A stretch of 64,000 bases of DNA, taken from assembly GCA_002269645.1 (NCBI GenBank), contig NIVC01002233.1:17306-81305 (forward strand). Direction: 5' to 3'. Shown here piece by piece: positions 13,493-25,633 of this stretch. A program made the position numbers and the translations under genes. The notes beneath the pieces are model-generated. The model saw only the letters and a list, made by a program, of their open reading frames with translations, ran no database searches and was not told the DNA's origin. Positions within the stretch are counted from its first letter, which is position 1. The number at the start of each line of letters is the position of its first letter. The DNA is from Macrostomum lignano. Taxonomy: Eukaryota.

Positions 13493-14382
13493 GGTGCAGA
13501 AAATTTAGTTTCGAAAAATGCTATCCTGATTGAAAAAGAACCTATATACTCTACTCGATAGTTAGGCAGCAAGTAGCATAAAAAGATAACATCTCACTTT
13601 CGTGATCGTTCTCTGAGAATCACGTCACTGCTTGATGCACTTTAAAAATCTTACAATATAGCTTTTAACGCTCGCAGTATCGCAATTTTCATGCATGGAC
13701 GAATTCAATTTGGTACAAAAGCCGTCCCTGATCTTATGTGGAAAATTTTAAGTACCTGTCTCGTTAATGTAATTTTCTAAAAAAAGCATTGAGTTGCTCA
13801 GCCAAGCCCCACCCAGACGCAAGCTGGCTCATATCTTTATTGCATTGTACCGCGCCACCAGACTTGATCAAGAAGCTTCTAAGGCCATTCATTCTACAGC
13901 GGTGCACACAGATACGAGTATGCTCCAAAGCCATGGTCTCATACAATATACACTCATAATTTATCACTCCCTGCCAATGTAAGGCTATAGCATCTATTAA
14001 TCATTTAGGGAATGGGAGACAGCACGAGTGCTATAAGAGATTGTGTGCAGGAAAATTTGTCAGACTTGTGCATTAGTAAGGCCAGGCGTGCTTGGTGCAC
14101 AAGTACTTGAACGAGTGCACTTACTCTGTGCACCCTAGCTGTACTTTTTGTCCAACTAAATCCTGACCAGCATTGCAGGCAAACTAAAGAGCTACAATGC
14201 TATCAGATTCAGTGCGCGGGAAAGTGCGCTTCTTTGCGGCCAAAAAAGAGAACGGCAATCAAAATATCCTGATTTCTCATGCACTTTTTCTGAGACACAG
14301 CACTATAACGCGTCATCTGTATTCGCTCCGCCAGCGCATGAAAGCGTGCTATAAGCTGCTAAACAAGCCTACGCAGTTGCAG

Positions 14383-15708
14383 TCTGGGGCGATGCTTACT
14401 GCAGTCTGGGGCGATTCTTACTACAGTCTGAAGCGATTATTACTATAGTCTGAGGCGATTCTTACTGCAATCTGGGGCGATTCTTACTGCAGTCTGGGGT
14501 GATTCTTACTGCAGTCTGGGGCGATTCTTACTGCAGTCTGGGGCGATTCTTACTGCAGTCTGGGGCGATTCTTACTGCAGTCTGGGGCGATTCTTACTGC
14601 AGTCTGAGGCGATTATTACTATAGTCTGGGGCGATTCTTACTGCAGTCTGGGGTGATTCTTGCTATAGTCTGGGGCGATTCTTACTGCAGTCTGGGGCGA
14701 TTCTTACTGCAGTCTGAGGCGATTATTACTATAGTCTGGGGCGATTCTTACTGCAGTCTGGGGCGATTCTTACTGCAGTCTGGGGCGATTCTTACTGCAG
14801 TCTGGGGCGATTCTTACTGCAGTCTGGGGCGATTCTTACTGCAGTCTGGGGCGATTCTTACTGCAGTCTGAGGCGATTATTACTATAGTCTGAGGCGATT
14901 CTACTGCAGTCTGGGGCGATTCTTACTGCAGTCTTAGGCGATTATTACTATAGTCTGAGGCGATTCTTACTGCAGTCTGGGGCGATTCTTACTGCAGTCT
15001 GAGGCGATTCTTACTGCAGTCTGGGGCGATTCTTACTGCAGTCTGAGGCGATTCTTACTGCAGTCTGGGGCGATTCTTACTGCAGTCTGAGGCGATTATT
15101 ACTATAGTCTGAGGCGATTCTACTGCAGTCTGGGGCGATTCTTACTGCAGTCTGGGGCGATTATTACTGTAGTCAGTGGGGATTCTTACTGCAATCTGGG
15201 GCGATTCTTACTGCAGTCTGGGGCGATTCTTACTGCAGTCTGGGGCGATTCTTACTGCAGTCTGGGGCGATTATTACTGCAGTCTGGGGCGATTATTACT
15301 GCAATCTGGGGCGATTCTTACTGCAGTCTGGGGTGATTCTTACTGCAGTCTGGGGCGATTCTTACTGCAGTCTGGGGCGATTCTTACTGCAGTCTGGGGC
15401 GATTCTTACTGCAGTCTGAGGCGATTATTACTATAGTCTGAGGCGATTCTACTGCAGTCTGTGGCGATTCTTACTATAGTCAGTGGCGATTCTTGCTGCA
15501 GTCTGGGGCGATTCTTACTGCAGTCTGGGGCGATTCTTACTGCAGTCTTAGGCAATTCTTACTGCAGTCTTAGGCAATTCTTACTGCAGTCTGGGGCGAT
15601 TCTTACTGCAGTCTGGGGCGATTCTTACTGCAGTCTGGGGCGATTATTACTATAGTCTGAGGCGATTCTACTGCAGTCTGGGGCGATTCTTACTGCAGTC
15701 TGGGGCGA
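14383..15708. repeat. 22-bp minisatellite (GCAGTCTGGGGCGATTCTTACT)n
   Basis: Direct tandem array. Confidence 0.97.
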
Positions 15709-16592
15709 TATTGAGCGACAAACAACAAAATAAAATCATAAAATTCAATGTAAATCTTATTAAGCGGTAAAGGCCTTACAAAGGATTTAATTCGATTTGA
15801 TTTTCAACACTATATAATAATATAAATATCTGCTAAATGAAAAAGCTTTTTTGTACTCTAATAGCCTCAAGTATAATTAAAACAATAAGAAACTGATTAT
15901 CAATGTAACGTGTGAGTGTCAGGCTGTCAGCATAAGGCGCGGTTAGGGTTCTTCACATACCATATAGTCATGAGCTGCTTTGTTAAAGTTTTCTTTTTAA
16001 ATTAACAACAGATAAAGCCCAGGAACTCGACAAAAAAGGCGATCAGAACTAAGATTCGATGAATAGGGCTATAATTATAATAATAATATTATTAATAATA
16101 ATGATAATAAAAGAATAGTAATAATAATAATAGTCCTCTATAATTCCAATTTCGTATCGCAGGTGTGAAGGACAGAGAATGAAGACACAGAAGGACAAAG
16201 ATGGGATTGAGTTTGGTTTAAACTTCCGAATAAATACAGGACTCACTTCTTAGATAGAAATTTCAACGACTAAACCCCCTAACATAAGGGAAATTGTGTC
16301 TCTTTGACCAATAATCAAGCAGCTCTGCAGGGGGCAAAGCACACAAGAGCCGCTTGAAAGCGGATTAAAGACGCTCGCGGTTGCCTCTTTGGGCCAGCTG
16401 AGGCTGAGGCGCTTAAAGGATGTCGTCTTCATCAATGCGAAATCCTAGGGGAAATCAACAATCCTAGAGGAGCGTTTCCGACTCACGTTTTTTAACCTTT
16501 GCAACACAAATTGCCAGGTAGCAACGCCAGAGCCTTGTGCGGGTTCTAAGCCCGATGCTAAGCTAGTGCGCAGTTTTGTGTTGTGCTGAGAT

Positions 16593-18210
16593 GAGCAGTC
16601 ACACATCTCAACCTGAGCAGTCACACATCTCAACCTGAGCAGTCACACATCTCAACCTGAGCAGTCACACATTTCAACCTCAGCAGTCACCCATTTCAAT
16701 CTGAGCATTCACACATCTCAACCTATTTCAACACATTTCAGACACACAGACACAGAGCAGACACACATTTCAACCTGGGCAGTCACACATCTCAATCTGA
16801 GCAGTCACACATCTCAACCTGAGCAGTCACACATCTCAATCTGAGCAGTCACACATCTCAACCTGAGCAGTCACACATCTCAACCTGAGCAGTCACACAT
16901 CTCAACCTGAGCAGTCACGCATCTCAACCTGAGCAGTCACACATCTCAACCTGATCGATCACGCATCTCAATCTGAGCAGTCACACATCTCAATCTGAGC
17001 AGTCACACATCTCAATCTGAGCAGTCACACATCTCAATCTGAGCAGTCACACATCTCAATCTGATCGATCACGCATCTCAATCTGAGCAGTCACACATTT
17101 CAACCTGATCGATCACGCATCTCAATCTGAGCAGTCACACATTTCAACCTGATCGATCACGCATCTCAATCTGAGCAGTCACACATTTCAACCTGATCGA
17201 TCACGCATCTCAATCTGAGCAGTCACACATCTCAACCTGAGCAGTCACACATCTCAATCTGAGCAGTCACACAACTCAATCTGATCGATCACGCATCTCA
17301 ATCTGAGCAGTCAAACATTTCAACCTGATCGATCACGCATCTCAATCTGAGCAGTCACACATCTCAACCTGAGCAGTCACACATCTCAACCTGAGCAGTC
17401 ACACATCTCAACCTGGGCATTCACACATCTCAATCTGAGCAGTCACACATTTCAACCTGAGCAGTCACACATCTCAACCTGAGCTGTTACACATCTCAAC
17501 CTGAGCTGTCACACATCTCAATCAGTCACACATCTCAATCAGTCACACATCTCAATCAGTCACACATCTCAATCAGTCACACATCTCAATCAGTCACACA
17601 TCTCAATATGATCAGTCACACATCTCAATCAGTCACACATCTCAATCAGTCACACATCTCAATCAGTCACACATCTCAATCAGTCACACATCTCAATATG
17701 ATCAGTCACACATCTCAATCAGTCACACATCTCAATCAGTCACACATCTCAATCAGTCACACATCTCAATATGATCAGTCACACATCTCAATCAGTCACA
17801 CATCTCAATATGATCAGTCACACATCTCAATCAGTCACACATCTCAATCAGTCACACATCTCAATCAGTCACACATCTCAATCAGTCACACATCTCAATC
17901 AGTCACACATCTCAATCAGTCACACATCTCAATCAGTCACACATCTCAATATGATCAGTCACACATCTCAATCAGTCACACATCTCAATCAGTCACACAT
18001 CTCAATCAGTCACACATCTCAATCAGTCACACATCTCAATCAGTCACACATCTCAATCAGTCACACATCTCAATCAGTCACACATCTCAATCAGTCACAC
18101 ATCTCAATCAGTCACACATCTCAATCAGTCACACATCTCAATCAGTCACACATCTCAATCAGTCACACATCTCAATCAGTCACACATCTCAATCAGTCAC
18201 ACATCTCAAT
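16593..18210. repeat. Compound minisatellite: 22-bp GAGCAGTCACACATCTCAACCT grading into 17-bp CAGTCACACATCTCAAT
   Basis: The unit switches near 17510. Both units share the CAGTCACACATCTCAA core. Confidence 0.95.
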
Positions 18211-18616
18211 CTTATAGCTCATGTAATAGAGCCTCCTTAAAAATTAAACAAAAGATAAAAAAATGAAGGTTACTTTCAATAGACTGAATGCCTAAAAGCC
18301 GAGCACATATAGCATCAAAAATGTCGTGTTTAGCCAGTCTCTAGAGTTAGAAAATATCTCTAAAGTTAGCGGAAAAAAACAATTATAAAAATACTATTCA
18401 CGCGCTTAAAAAAACTATTAACACACAGCAAAGAAAGAGAAAAACAAAGGTAAAAAGGAAAATAGGTAAGAAGCAGACAGTGAAGTGTTTAGCAACTCAA
18501 AATAACACAGAAACAGCTGTTGTTGACGGCAAAAAGCGACTGATTCAGCAATTATCATTTAATAGTACATGTATATGGAATATTTCATAAATAATTGCTG
18601 GAATAAGTATGAAAGA

Positions 18617-18885
18617 GGCGATTGTCTAGGTGATGGCGGATAGGCGATTCTCTAAATTAGGGAGGGGGCGGAAGGGCGATTCTCTAAATTAGGGGAGAGG
18701 GGCGGAAGGGCGATTCTCTAAATTAGGGGAGAGGGGCGGAAGGGCGATTCTCTAAATTAGGGGAGAGGGGCGGAAGGGCGATTCTCTAAATTAGGGGAGA
18801 GGGGCGGAAGGGCGATTCTCTAAATTAGGGAGGGGGCGGAAGGGCGATTCTCTTAATTAGAGGGGGGGGGCGGAAGGGCGTTTCT
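18617..18885. repeat. ~34-bp G-rich minisatellite (GGGCGATTCTCTAAATTAGGGGAGAGGGGCGGAA)n
   Basis: About 7 tandem units. Confidence 0.9.
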
Positions 18886-19025
18886 TTGAATCATCTTTAG
18901 TTGGTAAAAAAAACAGTATGTCTTTGGTAGACTGGCACTGGGCACCTCGGCTATATTGAGAAGATGTTCAAATATCTGTTGGATTATCAAACCTATGAGT
19001 CAGTTTCAATCACACTAATAAATCA

Positions 19026-19739
19026 TTAATCTCCGGGAAACAGCCTCAGCAGAGTCTGCCACACAGAATTAGCCGGCCTGCTGGCATCGATTCGCTTTAA
19101 CAAGCCCAGCCGCTCGTAGCGCTGCAGCACAGGCGCACTGGACTCGAAATGACTGGCCAGCCTCCGCTGCATCACGTCCGGAAAGTCGTCCGGCCGCATA
19201 GCCAGCGGTTCGCCAGTCTCGTTGTCGTGTCCGGGACGCTTGGGCGGACTGAACCGGTGATGATAGACCCGGCCGCTGGGCAGGTGGTACAGCCGGCCGG
19301 TCACTCGCTCGGCCGCCAGCTCGGGGCTCAGGTCCAGCTGCACCACAGCGTCCAACTGGCGACTCCGCTCGGCCAGCATCGAGTCCAGTCGTTCGGCTTG
19401 GCCAATTGTCCGAGGAAATCCGTCCAGTACGAAACCGGCCGAGCACTGAGGCCGGTCCAGGTCTCTGCTGACCAGATCGGACACGAGTTTGTCGTCAACT
19501 AGGCGACCCTGTTCAGTCTGCAGTTTCACGCTGCCATTGTTGGACATACCGCGCAAAACGGCTCCAATGTCCACGTGGCAGAGGCCGAATCGTTCCGCTA
19601 GCCGGCGGGATTGAGCTCCTTTCCCGGAGCCGGGCGGCCCGATCAGGGCTACGCCGATGTGCTGCCGCGGCTTTGAAGGTGTCGACTGTTCAGCCTGAGG
19701 CTGCGGCGGCTGGTTAACATCGGCGCCTTCAACTGTCAT
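19026..19739 (-). CDS. AK2: Adenylate kinase, long-LID type (AK2-like), 237 aa, single coding exon
   Basis: P-loop GPPGSGKGAQ, GFVLDGFPRT, and LID domain RVTGRLYHLPSGRVYH...ETGEPLAMRPDD. Confidence 0.85.
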   Translation of the reverse strand: MTVEGADVNQPPQPQAEQSTPSKPRQHIGVALIGPPGSGKGAQSRRLAERFGLCHVDIGAVLRGMSNNGSVKLQTEQGRLVDDKLVSDLVSRDLDRPQCSAGFVLDGFPRTIGQAERLDSMLAERSRQLDAVVQLDLSPELAAERVTGRLYHLPSGRVYHHRFSPPKRPGHDNETGEPLAMRPDDFPDVMQRRLASHFESSAPVLQRYERLGLLKRIDASRPANSVWQTLLRLFPGD

Positions 19740-19844
19740 GTCTGGCTGAAATTTATTGCATATAAGACCGTTGAAGGTCTGTCAACTCATTAATGATTCA
19801 TTTGCGTCTGCACAAGTAGCGATTCATAAGGATGAATGAGTGAG

Positions 19845-20472
19845 GCGATTCTCTGAGTTAAAGGCGATTCTCTGAGTGAAAGGCGATTCTCTGAGTGAAT
19901 GGCGATTCTCTGAGTGAAAGGAGATTCTCTGAGTGAATGGCGATTCTCTGAGTGAAAGGCGATTCTCTGAGTGAAAGGAGATTCTCTGAGTGAATGGCGA
20001 TTCTCTGAGTGAAAGGCGATTCTCTGAGTTAAAGGCGATTCTCTGAGTGAAAGGCGATTCTCTGAGTGAAAGGCGATTCTCTGAGTGAAAGGAGATTCTC
20101 TGAGTGAATGGCGATTCTCTGAGTTAAAGGCGATTCTCTGAGTGAAAGGAGATTCTCTGAGTGAAAGGCGATTCTCTGAGTGAATGGCGATTCTCTGAGT
20201 GAATGGCGATTCTCTGAGTGAAAGGAGATTCTCTGAGTGAAAGGCGATTCTCTGAGTTAAAGGCGATTCTCTGAGTGAAAGGCGATTCTCTGAGTGAAAG
20301 GAGATTCTCTGAGTGAAAGGCGATTCTCTAAGTGAAAGGAGATTCTCTGAGTGAAAGGCGATTCTCTGAGTGAAAGGCAATTCTCTGAGTGAAAGGCGAT
20401 TCGCTGAGTGAAAGGCGATTCTCTAAGTGAAAGGCGATTCGCTGAGTGAAAGGCGATTCGCTGAGTGAAAGG
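19845..20472. repeat. 19-bp minisatellite (GGCGATTCTCTGAGTGAAA)n
   Basis: About 32 tandem units. Confidence 0.95.
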
Positions 20473-20589
20473 CGATTCGCTGAGTGAAAGGAGACATTCA
20501 TTAAAGTGCGATTAAAGTTAGAATCTTAGATATAGTTGAGACTGATATTTAAAGATAAGCACAGCAGACGATTGTTATATAATTTTTTT

Positions 20590-21034
20590 CACGACAATTG
20601 ACTGTCACAATTCAACTACCGAACCCAAACCTTAAACCTAAACTCTAACACACTAAATCATAAACCTAAACCCCAAACCTAAACCAAAACTCTAAACCTT
20701 ATACGTAAATCTTAACATAAACCCTAACCTTAAACGGCAACCCCAAACCCTAAATCCTGAACCGTAATCCAAAAACCCTAACCTAAATTTAGCCCTAAAT
20801 GATGGCAGACCCTAGCCTAAATCCTAACCTAAACCTTAAACTTAAACCTTTAACATAAATCTTAAATCTAAAACCTAAACCATAACCCTCAACGGCAAAC
20901 CCAACTCTAAATCCTGAACCGTAATCCAAAAACCCTAACCTAAATTTAACCCTAAACGATAGCAGACCCTAGTCTAAACCCTAACCTAAAGCCCAACGCT
21001 AACGTAAATCTTAAGGCGGTAGGAAATTGTCGCG
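20590..21034. mobile_element. Putative MITE with internal degenerate telomere-like (AACCCT-type) repeats
   Basis: Short inverted ends CACGACAATT (20590) and AATTGTCGCG (21025-21034) enclose degenerate CCTAAA/CCCTAA repeats that include an internal ~180-bp duplication. Confidence 0.5.
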
Positions 21035-21714
21035 TCTCCTGTTAGAGAACAATCGCCAGACGCGCGTTATCTTAACTAGAATGAGAAAGAAGGTTAGAAA
21101 AATTTCCGCAAGTCTGTCTGGGACCCTGGGCCTGTAAAATTCAGTGGGGTTTTTCCCAAGCCGGCTGAGTCGCGAAGATAAAGCGAATATGATCCTGTTT
21201 TTTCTAGGAATCTTAAAGTACGATGCATATCTAACTCAAGCGGGTTTGAGTCAACCAAGGACGGCCCCGAAATAGGAAGGCAGAGAGTCAAAAGAATAGC
21301 TAGCCCAATTAAAATGCCGGTCAGTTTTACCTATCAGAGGCCGAGTTAATTTTGACTTGGCAATAAAGTTACCGCCTTTAGTCGCGGCTAATAATTTCTA
21401 GTTAAAGTGCACGTCAAAGATTTATAGGTATAAATAACTTCCCAAAGAGATCAAATCACGTTTAATTAACGTTGACTAGCCCTAGCTTTGCTTATTTAGG
21501 TGGCTAATTCATGTGATTTGAATTTGACAAACCTTCAGCCATGCGTTGAGAATGTTTCTAGGTAATGCTCTTGCGTACGTAGAATGCGCCTGCCTTCAAG
21601 AGATCTTTAAAGGGATTTCTTCCGTGAATTATTAAGGAGTTCAACGTCAAAAGGAAGAAATATTCCATTCCGCTAGTCCGATAATTTAAAAGCAAGGTAA
21701 ACTAAAATGAGATG

Positions 21715-21895
21715 ATGGACGGAGACTGAAGACACGGGATTAAGGAATATCTCGAGCTGCCGGAGAGCAGTTTGCCAGTGCGAATACACCGAACCAAGAA
21801 ATGCTTGGACATTTCTATAGCGACTTTACTTATCTTTAAAGAGGCGAGCCATGGCTCTCTCTCAGAGAACATGATTAACCAGAACTACTATTAGC
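21715..21895 (+). mobile_element. Possible Penelope-like GIY-YIG endonuclease relic
   Basis: With one frameshift the segment reads GRRLKTRIKEYLELPESSLPVRIH..., which resembles the GRxLxxRxKEH motif of Penelope endonucleases. It is short and degenerate. Confidence 0.35.
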
Positions 21896-22104
21896 CCTCC
21901 ATTTGGAATAGGCAGCAGATGAAGTAAAGGAATAAAAATTCTCTAAAAAATTCACAAGTAAAAAGCCCTTTACGCTCGAACAGTCACTACTGTTAGATTC
22001 TTAGTTATTATGATTAAATATAACACCTGATATCGTGCTTGCTATTTGGGGAGATGCTTTCGATATAGGGGGAATGCCTGTTATGTTTGTGAGGGTTTAA
22101 TTAT

Positions 22105-22695
22105 TTCCTGCTATCTGGGGGATGCTTGCTAACTGGGGGATGCTTGCTATCTGGGGGATGCTTGCTATCTGGGGGATGCTTGCGGTCTGGGGGATGCTTG
22201 CTATCTGGGGGATGCTTGCTATCTGGGGGATACTTGCTGTCTGGGGGATGCTTGCTATCTGGGGGATGCTTGCTAATCTGGGGGATGCTTGCTACCTGGG
22301 GGATGCTTGCTATCTGGGGGATGCTTGCGGTCTGGGGGATGCTTGCTATCTGGGGGATGCTTGCTATCTGGGGGATGCTTGCGGTCTGGGGGATGCTTGC
22401 TATCTGGGGGATGCTTGCTATCTGGGGGATGCTTGCGGTCTGGGGGATGCTTGCTATCTGGGGGATGCTTGCTACCTGGGGGATGCTTGCTATCGGGGGA
22501 AGCTTGCTATCGGGGGATGCTTGCGGTCCGGGGGATGCTTGCTATCTGGGGGAAGCTTGCTATCGGGGGATGCTTGCTACCTGGGGGATGCTTGCTATCT
22601 GGGGGAAGCTTGCTATCGGGGGATGCTTGCTACCTGGGGGATGCTTGCTATCTGGGGGAAGCTTGCTATCGGGGGATGCTTGCGGTCTGGGGATG
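22105..22695. repeat. 18/19-bp minisatellite (TGGGGGATGCTTGCTATC)n
   Basis: Direct tandem array. It is the source of several spurious ORFs. Confidence 0.95.
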
Positions 22696-23286
22696 CTTTC
22701 GATTTAGGGGAAATGCCTGTTATCTTTTGTGAGGGCTTTATTTTCTTGTGTTCGTTTGTTACTTTTAGAAGCAAGAGATTCATAGCAAGCATCTTTGTCG
22801 ATAACAATTTTACTCGAATAAGATGATTCATAAAACTAAAGAAGGAATTAATTGGTTGTTAAGAAAATGTGCTTTTTTAATGGATTTGCATGAATTATTT
22901 TTGCTCCTTGCATATTGGCACCCCGAAGGGGGCACTAAAAAATTGCTACTTTACACCTGATATCAAGCTTTCAAGTGACATACTGATATTCTTATAAACG
23001 CCAATATTTTCAAACATTTTGGAGGCTAGTTGACACCGCCACGAACTGAGTACATCAAATTAGACGACTGATGTAAAAAAAGTTATTTTCTATTAATAGT
23101 TTCCACATTGTCTTTCACAAAATCCTTTTTATTTGATTGAAAATTGGGATCTCGTCTATTTTTGCCCGTAGAGCAATTAAAAGGTACTCAGTCAAGCGGA
23201 TCAGAAAATAGAGCACTAGTCGTAGTCCGCGCAAGGTCGATAATAAGCCTTTGAGACGAAAATACGGACTTGGTTAAGCATGACTA

Positions 23287-23586
23287 CCTGAGCTACTCAG
23301 AAACTGGCTGAGCTACTCAGAAACTGGCTGAGCTACTCAGAAACTGGCTGAGCTACCCAGAAACTGGCTGAGCTACTCAGAAACCGGCTGAGCTACTCAG
23401 AAACTGGCTGAGCTACCCAGAAACTGGCTGAGCTACTCAGAAACTGGCTGAGCTACTCAGAAACTGGCTGAGCTACCCAGAAACTGGCTGAGCTACCCAG
23501 AAACTGGCTGAGCTACTCAGAAACTGGCTGAGCTACTCAGAAACTGGCTGAGCTACTCAGAAACTGGCTGAGCTACTCAGAAACCG
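23287..23586. repeat. 20-bp minisatellite (CTGAGCTACTCAGAAACTGG)n
   Basis: About 15 units. Confidence 0.95.
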
Positions 23587-24770
23587 GGTATCGGGTAGAT
23601 TGGGTAGGGTTCGGGTAGATTGGGTAGGTATCGGGTAGATTGGGTAGGGTTCGGGTAGATTGGGTAGGGTTCAGGTAGATTGGGTAGGTATCGGGTAGAT
23701 TGGGTAGGGTTCAGGTAGATTGGGTAGGTATCGGGTAGATTGGGTAGGGTTCGGGTAGATTGGGTAGGTATCGGGTAGATTGGGTAGGGTTCGGGTAGAT
23801 TGGGTAGGGTTCGGGTAGATTGGGTAGGTATCGGGTAGATTGGGTAGGGTTCAGGTAGATTGGGTAGGTATCGGGTAGATTGGGTAGGTATCGGGTAGAT
23901 TGGGTAGGGTTCAGGTAGATTGGGTAGGGTTCAGGTAGATTGGGTAGGGTTCAGGTAGATTGGGTAGGGTTCAGGTAGATTGGGTAGGGTTCAGGTAGAT
24001 TGGGTAGGTATCGGGTAGATTGGGTAGGTATCGGGTAGATTGGGTAGGGTTCAGGTAGATTGGGTAGGGTTCAGGTAGATTGGGTAGGGTTCAGGTAAAT
24101 TGGGTAGGTATCGGGTAGATTGGGTAGGGTTCAGGTAAATGGGTAGGTATCGGGTAGATTGGGTAGGGTTCAGGTAGATTGGGTAGGGTTCAGGTAGATT
24201 GGGTAGGGTTCAGGTAGATTGGGTAGGGATCGGATAGATCGAGTAGGGTTCAGGTAGATTGGGTAGGTATCGGGTAGATTGGGTAGGGTTCAGGTAAATG
24301 GGTAGGTATCGGGTAGATTGTGTAGGGTTCAGGTAGATTGGGTAGGGTTCAGGTAGATTGGGTAGGGTTCAGGTAGATTGGGTAGGGATCGGATAGATCG
24401 AGTAGGGTTCAGGTAGATTGGGTAGGTATCGGGTAGATTGGGTAGGGTTCAGGTAGATTGGGTAGGGATCGGATAGATCGAGTAGGGTTCAGGTAGATTG
24501 GGTAGGTATCGGGTAGATTGGGTAGGGTTCAGGTAGATTGGGTAGGGTTCAGGTAGATTGGGTAGGGTTCAGGTAGATTGGGTAGGGTTCAGGTAGATTG
24601 GGTAGGGATCGGATAGATCGAGTAGGGTTCAGGTAGATTGGGTAGGGATCGGATAGATCGAGTAGGGTTCAGGTAGATTGGGTAGGTATCGGGTAGATTG
24701 GGTAGGGTTCAGGTAGATTGGGTAGGGCTCGGATAGATCGTGTAGGGATCGGGTAAATTGGGTGGGTGGA
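23587..24770. repeat. 20-bp G-rich minisatellite (GGTAGATTGGGTAGGGTTCA and variants)n
   Basis: About 59 units, directly abutting the previous array. Confidence 0.95.
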
Positions 24771-24959
24771 GCAGATTGCGTTGGAATTTAGAATCTTGCT
24801 TGGATAGGTAATACTCAGGAGATACATATTGCACAGCTATGAATATATTAAAAAGGCCATATAACTGAATTCCAGCAGTAATTATTAGCAGCAGAATCTG
24901 AGCTTCGGAAGCGCCAATGAGGATAGGGTTGGATAAAAATGCGATTTATTATTAGTAAG

Positions 24960-25350
24960 GTACATGTACAATGTAGGGCGAGTGCGGGCGCACTTCCCGC
25001 CTGGGGTGGGGCAGTCCTTATTCAGGGACTTCTGTATCGACCTGGACTCTGGAGGCTGAATACGATTTACGCAGGGAAAGTTTTTAATATTTTTAAAAGC
25101 ATTGTACTCTACGTTTAAGGACTATGGGGTCGTACTATAAAGCTGTCGTAGAATAGAATAGCCGTTTATAGAACGGGCTCTATATATCCTTCTTCATTTC
25201 GTCATCCATGCTGCTTTCAAGGGCTCTGTTTTGATGTAGATTTAACAAGTCAACATGTCTGCTTGTTGCGGTCAGCCTACTCTGTGGAATGTCTATGGTG
25301 GAGACTGTCTATGGGAAATCCTCACCTAACATGCTATTTGGTAACTGTAA
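24960..25350 (-). mobile_element. Possible degenerate CR1/L2-type LINE 3' end
   Basis: The minus strand reads FYKRLFYSTTAL*YDP...CF*K, which resembles the FFxRTxxLWNxLP...FK C-terminal motif. A short (TAA)n-like tail follows. Confidence 0.3.
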
Positions 25351-25440
25351 CGCAAAATTTTTAGATAAGGTTGGTCGCTTCAGTTCAAGCATACGTATCT
25401 AAACGTAACGTTAAGAATATAAAATAATGCATAGACTATT

Positions 25441-25633
25441 GAGGGGTTAGCCTAGTGGTTGGAGCGTCGGACTCACGACTCGAAGGTCGGGGGTTCGATT
25501 CTCGACCCAATCGGAACAATTTGTGTCCTTGAGCAAAGCATTTAACTCTGCATTGCTTCAGTTCACCCAGCTGTAAAATGGGTGCCAGCATTAGCTGGGG
25601 TAATTGAGGGTGTGTGGCGATCCTCTACCCCCC
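25441..25633 (+). mobile_element. tRNA-derived SINE with CORE-like domain
   Basis: A-box TAGCCTAGTGG and B-box GGTTCGATTC, followed by TGTGTCCTTGAGCAAAGCATTTAAC...CTTCAGTTCACCCAGCTGTAAAATGGG (CORE-like). A second copy lies at 48692-48965. Confidence 0.8.

Noticed and set aside
16250-16445. GC-richer island with short ORFs on both strands
   Set aside because: No recognisable protein motif and no consistent splice partners.
17608-18240. Long repetitive ORFs in the track (also 19790-20380, 22122-22826, 28909-29592, 30546-31397, 49041-49458, 58866-59213)
   Set aside because: They are stop-free translations of tandem repeats. Several lie inside introns defined by phase-consistent splice sites.
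25441-25512. tRNA-Val(CAC)-like gene
   Set aside because: It has A and B boxes, but the acceptor stem does not pair and the sequence runs on into a SINE body that has other copies.
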